A DNA stretch of 64,000 bases, taken from the IMG/VR virus record IMGVR_UViG_2597490325_000001, positions 1-64,000 of that record; one strand, written 5' to 3'. The position numbers and the translations under genes are program-made. The stretch comes from a virus. Its lineage: Duplodnaviria > Caudoviricetes. Position 1 is the stretch's first letter. Each line of letters opens with the position of its first letter. The notes under the pieces were generated by a model, which was given only the letters and a program-made list of their open reading frames with translations, made no database searches and had not been told where the DNA came from. Shown here in pieces: positions 22,024 through 32,044 of the stretch.

Positions 22024-24813
22024 ATGTTAATAGAAAGAATTAAACTTGTTAACTTTAAAGGTATTTACTCAGGTATGGGTATAAAAGAAATCGAAATTGA
22101 TTTCAAGAGTAATCCATGCCGTAAAATAATGCTTGTAGGCGAGAATGGTAGAGGTAAAACCGTTATCCAATCAGCACTTACACCTTTCAGTGAAAACTTT
22201 GATAAGCGTAAAAATATCATCATTGAGGGAACAGAAGGTCTTAAAGAAATTGATATTCGTAATGGAGAATATCTATATGAGATTAGACATTTTTATGCAC
22301 CTAAAAAGAATAAATCTTTTATCACTAAAATAGATTCTGAAGGTAATAAAGAAGACCTCAATCCAGCTGGTAATGTTGGTAGTTTCCTTAAAGTTGTAGA
22401 GCAGGAATTAGGTATTACCAAAGATATTATGAAACTTGTTAAGCTTAGCGATAAAGCTTTAAGTTTTATTGATTTTATTGCATCTGAACGCAAAGAATTC
22501 TTAGGTCAATTTGTACCAAGTGTTGATGAATATTTGGTTGCGTATAAAAATACTAATGATAAACTAAATAGTCTTAATAAAGATATCAAATATATCGGTA
22601 ATGAGTTAGACCGTTTAGATAGTAAAGAAGATTGTGAAAAAAATCTTAATCTGATTGAAGGTAATATAGCTCGCTTAAACAAGCAGCTTAAATCTGCAAA
22701 TACGGCTATAGCCAAATTAGAAACTGATCTTTCTTCTATGTCAGAAAGTGAAGAACGTATTACTGAACTAACTAAAGAAAAAGTACGTTATGCTAAAGAA
22801 CTCAAAATATTGCAAGAGTCTTTAGAAGAATTAGATGAAAACGCTAAGAAAGCTTTCTCTAAAAGAGACTTCGATTTAGAACAGATAACGGAACTACTTA
22901 ATACCGTAACTACCAATTTAGCATCTTACGATGAAGAGCAAAATAATTCATTCAAAACTTTATCTAAGTTAGAAAGTAATTGCCAATCTCTTTCAGATAA
23001 TATTAAGAATTTGCAATCTCAAAAGAAAAAGATTCTTAGTGAAGTAGAGTCTTCTGAAGAATCTGATTCATTAAGAGAAACATTAGAAGAATATAAATCT
23101 AACCTTTCCAATGATGAAGACATTATAGAGTATGCAGAATCTACTACTATTCAAGAGATTCAAGATTCTATTGATGAATACCGTTTGGCTATTGCATTTC
23201 TTGAGAATAATCTAGCTACACAACGTAATAATAAACCATCACTTTCTGTAGAAAGCTTACTTATTGATGATGTTTTCAAAGATTTATCTAAAAAGAAATT
23301 TAACCGTGTAGGAATGATTTCTACTATTGAAAAACATCTTACTCAGTTGGATGGAATGAAAGAAGGTCTAGATGAACTCCATGAAGCTTGTGGAAATGAT
23401 CTGGAAGATGCTCAAGGAGAAAATATTGAGTATAAACACATTGCCAAACATCTAGATAAATGTACATGTAAGGGTAAATGTGGTTTAGTTGAATTCATCC
23501 AAGATAATCTTACTAAAGACAGTAAACAGGAAAAAGTAAATAAGCTTCGTAAGAAACTTAAAGAAATTACTGAGAAGATCAATCTTGTTAATGCAGATAT
23601 TAAAGAACTCAAACGCCTTGCAACTTTCATTGAGAATATCGACTTAATGAATAATGACAAAGGATATGAGATCTATAAAAAATATTCAGAAAATGATGCT
23701 AATGCTCTTGAGCTAGTATTTACTATGGTATCTAAAGATATCACTAGTAATGTTAAAGACTTTAAAGAAGCTATTGATTTCTTACAGAAGTCATTTAATC
23801 ATAAAGTTGCTGAATCAAATATTGCTAGTACTGAAAATAAACTCAACCAATTTTCTCAGGTTGAGTCATCTATTAAAGAGATTGATAAGCTCATTAAGAC
23901 CAGTCAAGATTCTTTAGATAAAGAAGAGCCTTTATGTGAGGAAGCTCGTTCCAAATATGAAGAACTTACTAAACGTATTAGACTAGTAACTCGTTCTAAA
24001 GAATTCATTGAGAAATGTATTAAAATTCTCAATGATATTCAAAATAAAGAAGCTTTATTAACTCCTATTGAAAAAGAATTAGATAAGCTTAAAAAGAAAA
24101 TTAATGCTATTCTTGATATCAAAGAGTCTATTAAAGATGCAAATGATAATCTTGAATCTATCCAAGCATTAATTGACAGTGAAACTGATAGTGCTAATGC
24201 TCTTAAGGTTAAAATTAAGCGTATTGAAGAATTCGAAGAAAGACTTCAAACTATTTTAAACAACAAAGATAAGTTAGCATTAATTAAAGATGCACTAGAT
24301 GTACGTACAGGTATTCCATTAGTATTAGTAGGTAGTTATCTTGAACCTATTAAGCAAAAGACTAATGATTTCCTATATATTGCCCATAAAGGAAGATTCT
24401 TTATTGATTTTGAATTAACTGATAAAGAATTCAATATTCCTATCTATAAGAACGGTATCCTTAATTCAGATGATGTAGCTGAATGTAGTGGCGGTGAATC
24501 ATCATTGATTAAGATATCTCTTTCAATGGGTATTATTAGTCGTATCTTTGAGCTAACTGATAATCGTTTTAATATTATCTATCTCGATGAATTGGATGGT
24601 GTACTAGATCCTCGCTCCAGACCACTATTCCTTAATATGCTTGATAAACAGTTAGCTATGCTAGGTAGTGAACAGTGCTTTATCATAAGCCATAATGATT
24701 CATTTGATAGTGAAGAAATTGGTCTGATTATACTAGATGATAGTATTGATCATAAGCTTGAAGATGAGTCGTTTATGGACAATAAACATATAATTTTTAA
24801 ACTAACGGATTAA
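22024..24813 (+). CDS. sbcC: SbcC/Rad50-like SMC-family ATPase
   Basis: GENGRGKT Walker A, long coiled coil, central Cys cluster CTCKGKC, CSGGE signature, YLDELDG Walker B, IISH. Confidence 0.88.
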   Translation: MLIERIKLVNFKGIYSGMGIKEIEIDFKSNPCRKIMLVGENGRGKTVIQSALTPFSENFDKRKNIIIEGTEGLKEIDIRNGEYLYEIRHFYAPKKNKSFITKIDSEGNKEDLNPAGNVGSFLKVVEQELGITKDIMKLVKLSDKALSFIDFIASERKEFLGQFVPSVDEYLVAYKNTNDKLNSLNKDIKYIGNELDRLDSKEDCEKNLNLIEGNIARLNKQLKSANTAIAKLETDLSSMSESEERITELTKEKVRYAKELKILQESLEELDENAKKAFSKRDFDLEQITELLNTVTTNLASYDEEQNNSFKTLSKLESNCQSLSDNIKNLQSQKKKILSEVESSEESDSLRETLEEYKSNLSNDEDIIEYAESTTIQEIQDSIDEYRLAIAFLENNLATQRNNKPSLSVESLLIDDVFKDLSKKKFNRVGMISTIEKHLTQLDGMKEGLDELHEACGNDLEDAQGENIEYKHIAKHLDKCTCKGKCGLVEFIQDNLTKDSKQEKVNKLRKKLKEITEKINLVNADIKELKRLATFIENIDLMNNDKGYEIYKKYSENDANALELVFTMVSKDITSNVKDFKEAIDFLQKSFNHKVAESNIASTENKLNQFSQVESSIKEIDKLIKTSQDSLDKEEPLCEEARSKYEELTKRIRLVTRSKEFIEKCIKILNDIQNKEALLTPIEKELDKLKKKINAILDIKESIKDANDNLESIQALIDSETDSANALKVKIKRIEEFEERLQTILNNKDKLALIKDALDVRTGIPLVLVGSYLEPIKQKTNDFLYIAHKGRFFIDFELTDKEFNIPIYKNGILNSDDVAECSGGESSLIKISLSMGIISRIFELTDNRFNIIYLDELDGVLDPRSRPLFLNMLDKQLAMLGSEQCFIISHNDSFDSEEIGLIILDDSIDHKLEDESFMDNKHIIFKLTD

Positions 24814-24815
24814 TT

Positions 24816-24974
24816 ATGGAATTTTTCATTACATTATTCTTATCAGGTTTTTACTTTGGCATTGGCTGGATCGTTGCCAGTAAGCATTATACTACAGCAA
24901 ATAATATGTTGGATGCAATCCTCATGTATTATTTGTGGCCAATATATCTATATAAAACACGTAAGAAGAAATAA
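24816..24974 (+). CDS. Small membrane protein (52 aa, missed by ORF track)
   Basis: MEFFITLFLSGFYFGIGWIV...LWPIYLYKTRKKK; starts just after the sbcC stop and ends before terminator 24980-25009. Confidence 0.65.
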   Translation: MEFFITLFLSGFYFGIGWIVASKHYTTANNMLDAILMYYLWPIYLYKTRKKK

Positions 24975-25083
24975 GTTAGCCCCATATCCTTCCAAAGAGG
25001 GATATGGGGTTATAAAACCATTTTTATTGATATATTATTTTATTGTAGTTTATATACTAATTTAATAATATATTGGAGGTTTT

Positions 25084-25635
25084 ATGTTTCAAGATATTTC
25101 TGAAGTAATTGAATTGGAAGGACTAAAAAAGTCTGAGCCTTTAGCAAAATACTTTGTTAGATTTTATTTCAGTTCAATACTTTTGAATAGGCATTTAACT
25201 AGGAAGATTATAGCAAGTTTTAATTTAAACTGGAAGGATGTAACAAAATCTTCTAAAAAGTCTTCTAAAAAGTCTTCTAAGCCTAATGGTAAAATTATTA
25301 TTTCAGCAGATATCTATATTGATGAAGAAGATAAACAATTAAAAATAGTTTTTTATAAAGATATAGCTATTGGAAAATACCAATGCAATTTATATCTAAA
25401 CTTGAACAATTCTAATATTCGCTTAGGTAAAGAAGTGGTTGAAGTTCTTACCAAAAAATATAAATTTTCAGTTAAGTATAAAAGGGAGTTTAATCGTTTA
25501 GTTAAACCAGTCACCAAAGAAAAATTAAATAAAATACCATATGTTAACTATGAGCGTATGTTATTGGAAACTATGGAAAGAGATGAAGAATTAAATTCAA
25601 CTACTATATTCTTAAATTATACAAGTAGTAAATAA
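25084..25635 (+). CDS. Hypothetical early protein with a KSSK tandem repeat; possible AbrB/MraZ-like paralog family
   Basis: Early box at 25030; GGAGG RBS; 12-nt repeat x3. Confidence 0.7.
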   Translation: MFQDISEVIELEGLKKSEPLAKYFVRFYFSSILLNRHLTRKIIASFNLNWKDVTKSSKKSSKKSSKPNGKIIISADIYIDEEDKQLKIVFYKDIAIGKYQCNLYLNLNNSNIRLGKEVVEVLTKKYKFSVKYKREFNRLVKPVTKEKLNKIPYVNYERMLLETMERDEELNSTTIFLNYTSSK

Positions 25636-25739
25636 TAAGTTCATTTCCTCTGTATCAAAACGATACAGAGGAAATTATAATTCTTTTTTTAGTAATATAT
25701 TATAATAATGATAAACTTTATTAATAAGGAGTTAAACCA

Positions 25740-26180
25740 ATGTTTGTAAATATTTCTAGTACTGATAAAGTTAAAGAACCAGATTCAATATCTGAATGCT
25801 TTATTCGTCCTAATGGAACAGGCTTTTCAATCAATATGGCATTAGCGAAGTTGATATCTAAAAATTATAATAATAATAATAATAATTCAAATTATAGTCA
25901 CATCTATTTTAAAATTAATAATTCAAATTATAGTCACATCTATTTTAAAATTGATAAAGATTTTGAAAATAGACTTTTAAAATTCACTCCTACCAAAGAT
26001 TGTGTAGGTAATTTTCGTGGAACCATTACTACTATGTCAGGTTATAGTAGTCGTATTTCAGTTCCAGGACGAGTTATGCCAGTAATCCATAAAGATTTAG
26101 ATTATGTACGTCTTTACGTAAAAGAAACTGAAGTCGATGAAGAAACTCAGAAACTTAAATCTTTCATAGTAGGATATTAA
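25740..26180 (+). CDS. Hypothetical early protein with an internal 36-nt duplication
   Basis: Early box at 25695; AGGAG RBS. Confidence 0.75.
   Translation: MFVNISSTDKVKEPDSISECFIRPNGTGFSINMALAKLISKNYNNNNNNSNYSHIYFKINNSNYSHIYFKIDKDFENRLLKFTPTKDCVGNFRGTITTMSGYSSRISVPGRVMPVIHKDLDYVRLYVKETEVDEETQKLKSFIVGY
25881..25952 (+). repeat. Perfect in-frame 36-nt tandem duplication after an (AAT)n run
   Basis: aataattcaaattatagtcacatctattttaaaatt x2. Confidence 0.9.
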
Positions 26181-26181
26181 A

Positions 26182-26346
26182 ATGCTTTTTGCAGTAAATG
26201 TATACTCTTATGGACTATTCCATCAAACTATCTGGATATATGAAGATTCTTTGGAATCGGCTGAAACGGCTGTAGAATCTTTGAATCTAGTAGATATGGA
26301 TGCATCCTTTGTCTTGACAGGTGAAACTAAACCATGTGGAAAATGA
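26182..26346 (+). CDS. Small hypothetical protein (54 aa, missed by track)
   Basis: MLFAVNVYSYG...KPCGK fills the gap and overlaps the next start. Confidence 0.6.
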   Translation: MLFAVNVYSYGLFHQTIWIYEDSLESAETAVESLNLVDMDASFVLTGETKPCGK

Positions 26347-26690
26347 TCTCAGTATTGCTATTTACTTTAGTTATTACTGGTTGTGATTCAGCTCCAGTGA
26401 CTGAGGCTACTTTTAATAATTCAGAAAACAATCATAACTTTGCCAATCCAATTAAAGCAGGTACGCTTCCTGATGGTAGAGACGTGTTTATGGTAGAAGT
26501 AGCTCCTACAGGTTATTCTAATATGGTAATCTTCTTTACAGAAGACCATGAATCTACAACTACAGTAGAGTTTAAAACTAGACAAAATGGTAAGACTCAA
26601 GAGACATATAAGCAGACTCAAGTTTTCCTAAACGGGTCTTATCATAATAAATGTGAATTAGCTAGTAACTGTAAAGGAAAAGATTATTGA
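26334..26690 (+). CDS. Lipoprotein
   Basis: Signal peptide with lipobox VITG-C. Confidence 0.75.
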   Translation: MWKMISVLLFTLVITGCDSAPVTEATFNNSENNHNFANPIKAGTLPDGRDVFMVEVAPTGYSNMVIFFTEDHESTTTVEFKTRQNGKTQETYKQTQVFLNGSYHNKCELASNCKGKDY

Positions 26691-26790
26691 GTGAAATAAT
26701 AGGTTATATTTCATTATGTACTTTAGTTTCAATAATTGTTAGTGCAGTCATCATAGCTTCAGTAGTTTATTTATATTAAGGAATACAATT

Positions 26791-27615
26791 ATGTCTATTA
26801 GTCTTCAATTAAACGGTTATGCTTCTAAATTAGAATTCTTTAGCTTTCCGGGCGGTGAACGTCATGTTAAAATTAACATGGGTACAGTACCCCAAGCTAA
26901 AATCAATAAAGTTTCTATCTATGTGGATTTACACTGTCCAGAAGCTATGGTAGATATGATGTTACTTAACAATGCAGTTAAGCATCTGGATACATTAGAT
27001 CATACAGCTCATCGTACTCTGATTATTCCGTATCTTCCTTATGCTCGTCAAGACCGTATTGCAGTTAAAGGTGAGCCTCTGTCTCTCGAAATGATGAGCG
27101 AAGTTATCAATATGATGGCTTTTGACGAGGTTTATGTTTACGACCTTCATAGCGACGTTTCGGCCTATTCTATTAAGAATTTACGTGAATATAAGCAGCA
27201 CCATGTTGCAATAGAAAAGATTGGACGTGAATCTATTCTTGGTAATCAATATGTAGTATGTTCTCCTGATGGTGGTGCTCTTAAGAAAGTCTATGAGTTT
27301 ATGGCTTCTGCAAATATTCCTAGTACTGATCTAGTAGTAGGGATGAAACACCGTGATGTAGCTACTGGTCGTATTAGTGGTACAACCGTAGTAGGAGAAG
27401 AACGAGTTAAAGATCGTAATGTACTGATCATTGATGATATCTGTGACGGCGGTATGACTTTCATCAAATTGGCTGAAATTCTTAAAGCTAATGGCGCTAA
27501 CTCCGTTCACCTGTATGTTACTCATGGTATCTTCTCTAAAGGTAAAGAAGTTCTTTATGAAGCAGGTATTGAAAAAGTTATTGCCTTCCAAGATTGGACT
27601 CTTATGGAGAAATAA
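26791..27615 (+). CDS. adps: Prs-like ADPR-PP synthetase (Adps, NARP1 pathway)
   Basis: FPGGE, PYLPYARQDR, DLHS, SPDGGA, IIDDICDGGMTF, VTHG; paired with a NAMPT-like gene. Confidence 0.85.
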   Translation: MSISLQLNGYASKLEFFSFPGGERHVKINMGTVPQAKINKVSIYVDLHCPEAMVDMMLLNNAVKHLDTLDHTAHRTLIIPYLPYARQDRIAVKGEPLSLEMMSEVINMMAFDEVYVYDLHSDVSAYSIKNLREYKQHHVAIEKIGRESILGNQYVVCSPDGGALKKVYEFMASANIPSTDLVVGMKHRDVATGRISGTTVVGEERVKDRNVLIIDDICDGGMTFIKLAEILKANGANSVHLYVTHGIFSKGKEVLYEAGIEKVIAFQDWTLMEK

Positions 27616-28268
27616 TGAGCGCTGATAAAATTTATGGTGTAGCCATAAATGATGCCAATTATCAAGTAAGAAAAACTAAATGGGAAAATGGAAAAACCAT
27701 TCAGTTATGGATATGCCCATACTATAAAGTATGGATGAGTATGCTTGTAAGATGCTATTCTGAAAAATATAATTCCCAATACAAATTCAAGTATAAAAGA
27801 AAAGTTTGTAAATCATGGCTGACTTTTAGTAACTTTAAAACTTGGATGGAAGATCAAGATTGGGAGGGAAAAGATCTAGATAAAGATATTTTTGGTGAGG
27901 GAAGCGGTATATACTCTCCCAAAAATTGTATTTTTATATCTCCTGAATTGAATAAATTCTTTAATCTACGATCTAATACTAGAACTGAAGATGATTTACC
28001 TGTAGGAGTCAGCGCTAATCATAAGCGTGGCAAGCCTTATGTTTCGTCTACTAGGGTACATGGCAAGAAAAAACAGTTAGGTCAGTTTGATGACCCGTTA
28101 GAAGCACATTTTGTGTGGTTAGCTAAAAAGATTGAATTATTAGAAGAAGTAATTTCTAATGAAACCAATCCTAGACTTATTAATCAGTTAAATAAGATTA
28201 ATAATCATTTGAAACAATCTTTGAAAGACAAAGTAACTTTAACTAGCTTTTATTTATCTAAGGATTAA
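27615..28268 (+). CDS. Free-standing HNH-type homing endonuclease with AP2-like C-terminus
   Basis: YKVWMSMLVRCY, VCKSWLTFSNFKTW, LDKDI, YSPKNC, LPVGV, LGQFDDPLEAH; start overlaps the adps stop (TAATG). Confidence 0.82.
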   Translation: MSADKIYGVAINDANYQVRKTKWENGKTIQLWICPYYKVWMSMLVRCYSEKYNSQYKFKYKRKVCKSWLTFSNFKTWMEDQDWEGKDLDKDIFGEGSGIYSPKNCIFISPELNKFFNLRSNTRTEDDLPVGVSANHKRGKPYVSSTRVHGKKKQLGQFDDPLEAHFVWLAKKIELLEEVISNETNPRLINQLNKINNHLKQSLKDKVTLTSFYLSKD

Positions 28269-28271
28269 ATT

Positions 28272-30026
28272 ATGTTTCTTGAAAATGGCTTAGCTATAGG
28301 TTCTGCAACGTTAACTACCGATATGTATAAAATCGGTCATCCTAGCATGTACCATAAAGAAAGTAAAGTAATCTTCACCAACTTTACTCCTCGTTCAGAT
28401 AAATATTTTACTCATTATTGGGATGATAAGAAACGTGGTGTTATCTCAGCAGGGATTTCAATGCGTATCAAAATGCTTGTATCCCTATGGTCTGTAACCT
28501 TCTTCCAACTCCCTAAAGAAGTAGCTATCGTTAAATACAAACGTATCGTAGACGCTTCATTAGGTAAGGATAAAGTCTCTTTAGATCATTTAGCAGCTCT
28601 TCATGACCTCGGATACCTTCCTTTGGAAATCCGTTCCATTCCTGAAGGCTACTTAGTTCCTATTCAGGTACCAGTATACACTGTTCACAATACCAACCCT
28701 AACGAAGACAAACAGCAATACTTCGCATGGTTGACCAACTACTTCGAATCAGTATTATCTGACGAAACCTGGAAGGTAATGACTAACGCTACTATTGCGT
28801 TCCATTACAAACGTCTCGGTATGAAATTTGCTGATGAGACCTGTGATAACAATCTTCATGTTGACTTCCAATTCCATGACTTCTCTTTCCGTGGATTAGG
28901 GTGTAATGAAGAAGGTTATAAGAACGGTATCGCCCATATCATGTCATTTAGTGGTACTGATACCGTATTAGCTATTGAAGCAGTTCATGACTTCTATAAA
29001 ATCCCTGAAGGTGACTTCGTAGCGGGTAGTATTCCGGCTACTGAGCACTCTGTAGCAACTACGAATATTATGTATATCGTAGAAGACCTACGTAAACAAT
29101 CAGAGATTGATGGTACAAACCTGAGTCTTGATGCACTGCGTTTAAAAGCTGAAAAAATCTATCTTGAGCATTATATTACTTCCATCGTACCTGAAGGCTT
29201 ATGCTCTTATGTAGCCGACTCCTACGACTACTGGTCTGTACTGACAGTTATTCTCCCTGACCTGTTGCAGACAATTATCCAACGAGCTGGTAAACTGGTA
29301 ATTCGTCCTGATAGTGGTGATCCTGTAAAAGTAATTTGTGGTCTCCGTTATCCAGAGAAGAACTTTATCTCTGAATCTGAAGCTTATCGTTACATTAATG
29401 AAATGGATTCATCTCTTCCGTATCCAGAAGCGGTAATGATTAACGGTAACTTCTATGCTGTAACAGAAGATGAAGATGAGTTTGAAGGTTTCTATATTCA
29501 AGAAGAAATTCTTCCTCCTCATGAAGTAAAAGGTTCTATTCAGGTATTATGGGATATCTTTGGTGGTTCAATCAACACTAAAGGTTTCAAAGTACTGAAT
29601 GACCATATTGGTCTGATTTATGGTGATTCAATCACTATTCCTCGTGCTGTACAAATCTTTACTCGTCTTAAAGAGAAAGGTTTTGCATCTTCTAACGTAG
29701 TATTGGGTATTGGTTCCTTTACCTATCAGATGAATACCCGTGATACCTTCGGATTTGCTTGTAAGGCTACAGGTTCAATTATCGGTGATCGTACTATTCT
29801 CGTTAGTAAAGAACCTAAAACTGATCCAGGTAAGAAATCAGCGCGTGGCTTCCTTAAAGTCATTCGTAATGATAAAGGTGTACTGCAGTTAGTGGAAGAC
29901 CTGACTCTTGATCAAATTGATTCAGATGATAACGAATTGCGTATGATTTTCAAAAACGGTAAGTTTACTGAAGCCGCTAATGAAGATTTTACTGTGATCC
30001 GTCAACGTTTGAATAGCCAACTGTAA
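28272..30026 (+). CDS. namat: NAMPT-like nicotinamide ADPR-transferase (Namat, NARP1 pathway)
   Basis: TDMYKIGH, HDFSFRG, GTDT, PATEHSV, DSYD, IRPDSGDP, IYGDSIT, TRDTFGFA. Confidence 0.85.
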   Translation: MFLENGLAIGSATLTTDMYKIGHPSMYHKESKVIFTNFTPRSDKYFTHYWDDKKRGVISAGISMRIKMLVSLWSVTFFQLPKEVAIVKYKRIVDASLGKDKVSLDHLAALHDLGYLPLEIRSIPEGYLVPIQVPVYTVHNTNPNEDKQQYFAWLTNYFESVLSDETWKVMTNATIAFHYKRLGMKFADETCDNNLHVDFQFHDFSFRGLGCNEEGYKNGIAHIMSFSGTDTVLAIEAVHDFYKIPEGDFVAGSIPATEHSVATTNIMYIVEDLRKQSEIDGTNLSLDALRLKAEKIYLEHYITSIVPEGLCSYVADSYDYWSVLTVILPDLLQTIIQRAGKLVIRPDSGDPVKVICGLRYPEKNFISESEAYRYINEMDSSLPYPEAVMINGNFYAVTEDEDEFEGFYIQEEILPPHEVKGSIQVLWDIFGGSINTKGFKVLNDHIGLIYGDSITIPRAVQIFTRLKEKGFASSNVVLGIGSFTYQMNTRDTFGFACKATGSIIGDRTILVSKEPKTDPGKKSARGFLKVIRNDKGVLQLVEDLTLDQIDSDDNELRMIFKNGKFTEAANEDFTVIRQRLNSQL

Positions 30027-30031
30027 TAATT

Positions 30032-30066
30032 AACCCTTATACCTTCTTCGGAGGGTATAAGGGGTT
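30032..30066 (+). terminator. Terminator hairpin of a repeated family
   Basis: cccttataccttc-ttcg-gagggtataaggg; near-identical copies at 32414 and 32926. Confidence 0.8.
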
Positions 30067-30090
30067 TACTTTTTTGTAAAAAGGTGAATT

Positions 30091-30267
30091 ATGTCTAAGA
30101 AATATAGTACTTACTCCTTCAAACTTAATGGTGAATCACATACTTTCCAAGGTCGTTTTAATGATGATACAGGATTGTATGAGGCTATTTTTAAAGGCGT
30201 AACAGGTCATGGTAGCTCTCTTCAGGAAGCTATCGATGATGCAATTAACGAATACCAATCGATTTAA
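30091..30267 (+). CDS. Stand-alone HicB-like antitoxin domain (58 aa, missed by track)
   Basis: DTGLYEAIFKGVTGHGSSLQEAIDDAINEY matches the HicB N-terminal pattern; AGGTG RBS. Confidence 0.6.
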   Translation: MSKKYSTYSFKLNGESHTFQGRFNDDTGLYEAIFKGVTGHGSSLQEAIDDAINEYQSI

Positions 30268-30278
30268 GGCTAATAGAA

Positions 30279-30788
30279 ATGAATATTATTGAAGAATGTT
30301 TAGAAAATAGTACTAAAAGTTTTAATGAATTTGCTACAAAAATTTTTGATGCTATTCCAGAATGGAAAGAATTAATGGAAAGTAAACCATTAGAGTTTAC
30401 TTCTATGGTTAACAGTCTTGAAGATTTCTATACCGAAATCATTGAAGAGATTCACGACCATTATATTCCAGTTCAGCCTTTATTCGGTGGTACAACTTCA
30501 TTTATTTATTGTCATGATGATAAAGTTATCGTATGTCAGACTATTGAAGACTTCCGTATGACTCATAATATCACTAGTGATGAAGAAATTACTAGTAAAA
30601 TGGAAGAGCTAGAAAGTAAACCATATGAGGTACTTTCAGGAATTCTTTTTAACTATCTTAGCAATGACTTTATTACTTTCAGCGATGCTGTAGCTTTCCC
30701 TAATATTGATAAAGTTAAAGAATATCTCGAAAATGAGTTTTCTGACCTCTTTGCTGAAGCATACGTTAATTTTGATCTAAGTCTCTAA
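30279..30788 (+). CDS. Hypothetical acidic protein
   Basis: 169-aa ORF followed by a hairpin at ~30794-30822. Confidence 0.75.
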   Translation: MNIIEECLENSTKSFNEFATKIFDAIPEWKELMESKPLEFTSMVNSLEDFYTEIIEEIHDHYIPVQPLFGGTTSFIYCHDDKVIVCQTIEDFRMTHNITSDEEITSKMEELESKPYEVLSGILFNYLSNDFITFSDAVAFPNIDKVKEYLENEFSDLFAEAYVNFDLSL

Positions 30789-30889
30789 AATGAATCCGTA
30801 TCTTGATAAAAGATACGGATTTTTAATCACTTTTTTGTTCATATATTATTCTAATGATACATTAGATCAATTTTTTTCAAGAGGCTATC

Positions 30890-31249
30890 ATGTTTTTTGA
30901 AGACTATGGAGATGAATCTCCACAAGATAAACTTGCATCAGAAATTTATAGAATAAGGGAAAAAAGTATGGCTTCTAGTAGAAAATCACATTCAAATTCT
31001 TCAGATTATGAAGTAAAAACTAGAACTAATGATAAGTGGATTGAGTTCTATCCTCCGCAGCACCAAAATAAACCAAAACTTTTAAGATTATTTAGTCCTA
31101 CGGGTTTATTTGAAGAAAAAGTAGACATTTCTATGATTAAAAAGCATTTCTTTATGCCGGAAATGTTGATTATCTATACTGATGGCAGTATTGAATCATT
31201 TAATGATATTCATTATAAAATTGAAGTAGAGGATACTGAAGATGAGTAA
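30890..31249 (+). CDS. Hypothetical early protein
   Basis: Early box at 30841; GAGG RBS. Confidence 0.7.
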   Translation: MFFEDYGDESPQDKLASEIYRIREKSMASSRKSHSNSSDYEVKTRTNDKWIEFYPPQHQNKPKLLRLFSPTGLFEEKVDISMIKKHFFMPEMLIIYTDGSIESFNDIHYKIEVEDTEDE

Positions 31250-31736
31250 AAGTTATGAATTCCTTCCAAGATCTTTTGTAACTCATGAAAATGGTAATTC
31301 TATTGATTTAAAAGCCCCTGAAATTATATTTAATGGTAATCATATTAAACTTTCTGGAGATATTATGGCTCAACTACATTATCATTTTAAAGATAAGATT
31401 CCTCCAGATTACTTCCATGTTAAAAGTGGTCATTTTGGATTCGAATCATCTTTTTCCGCTAATGTAGTATTGATTGACACCGATAAGATTTCTAGGCTAA
31501 AGGTTTCTATTTTAGATGGAGTAGATACAGGTAAATTCAAAGTACAAACTGATGGCAGAACAGTAAGCATTCTTATGGGTGCATTACTCATGAATAATCT
31601 TAATACTATCATTGAAGAAGTAGACGGTGATCAGGATATTCCCGCAAAATGTGGTAAGCGCGGCAAATGTGAGTTCTCTTATCATGTTGAGCTTGCTAAA
31701 TCAAAGAATTCAGAAACTGAATGGGATATTGATTAA
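31242..31736 (+). CDS. Hypothetical protein, possible AbrB/MraZ-like paralog
   Basis: Pattern similarity to the 25084, 25740 and 56998 products. Confidence 0.65.
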   Translation: MSKSYEFLPRSFVTHENGNSIDLKAPEIIFNGNHIKLSGDIMAQLHYHFKDKIPPDYFHVKSGHFGFESSFSANVVLIDTDKISRLKVSILDGVDTGKFKVQTDGRTVSILMGALLMNNLNTIIEEVDGDQDIPAKCGKRGKCEFSYHVELAKSKNSETEWDID

Positions 31737-32044
31737 TGAAAAAGATCTTTTATACAATCGCTTTAGGTATTGCATTAACTTTCATCTTTACAGGTGATAG
31801 TTTTGCAGATACTTATAATATCAATAATGGCGATGCCACAATTGAAGAAACTACTCAATATATTACGGTTACTGTTCGCCAAGGTAACAAAATCATCAAT
31901 ATGAAAGGCAATCTCTTTAAGTATAAAGAGATAAAAATCTACAAAACTGGAAAGCTGGCAATTGGTACCCTTCCAAATGGTGAAACTATTGTACTATCTG
32001 GTAGATTCACTGATGGTTATCTAGTAATTGAGGATGCTGAATAA
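31736..32044 (+). CDS. Exported hypothetical protein
   Basis: Signal peptide MKKIFYTIALGIALTFIFTGDSFA. Confidence 0.7.
   Translation: MKKIFYTIALGIALTFIFTGDSFADTYNINNGDATIEETTQYITVTVRQGNKIINMKGNLFKYKEIKIYKTGKLAIGTLPNGETIVLSGRFTDGYLVIEDAE

Noticed and set aside
24856-25065. Track ORF of 69 aa
   Set aside because: TTG start, runs across a terminator and an early promoter; the 24816-24974 frame fits better
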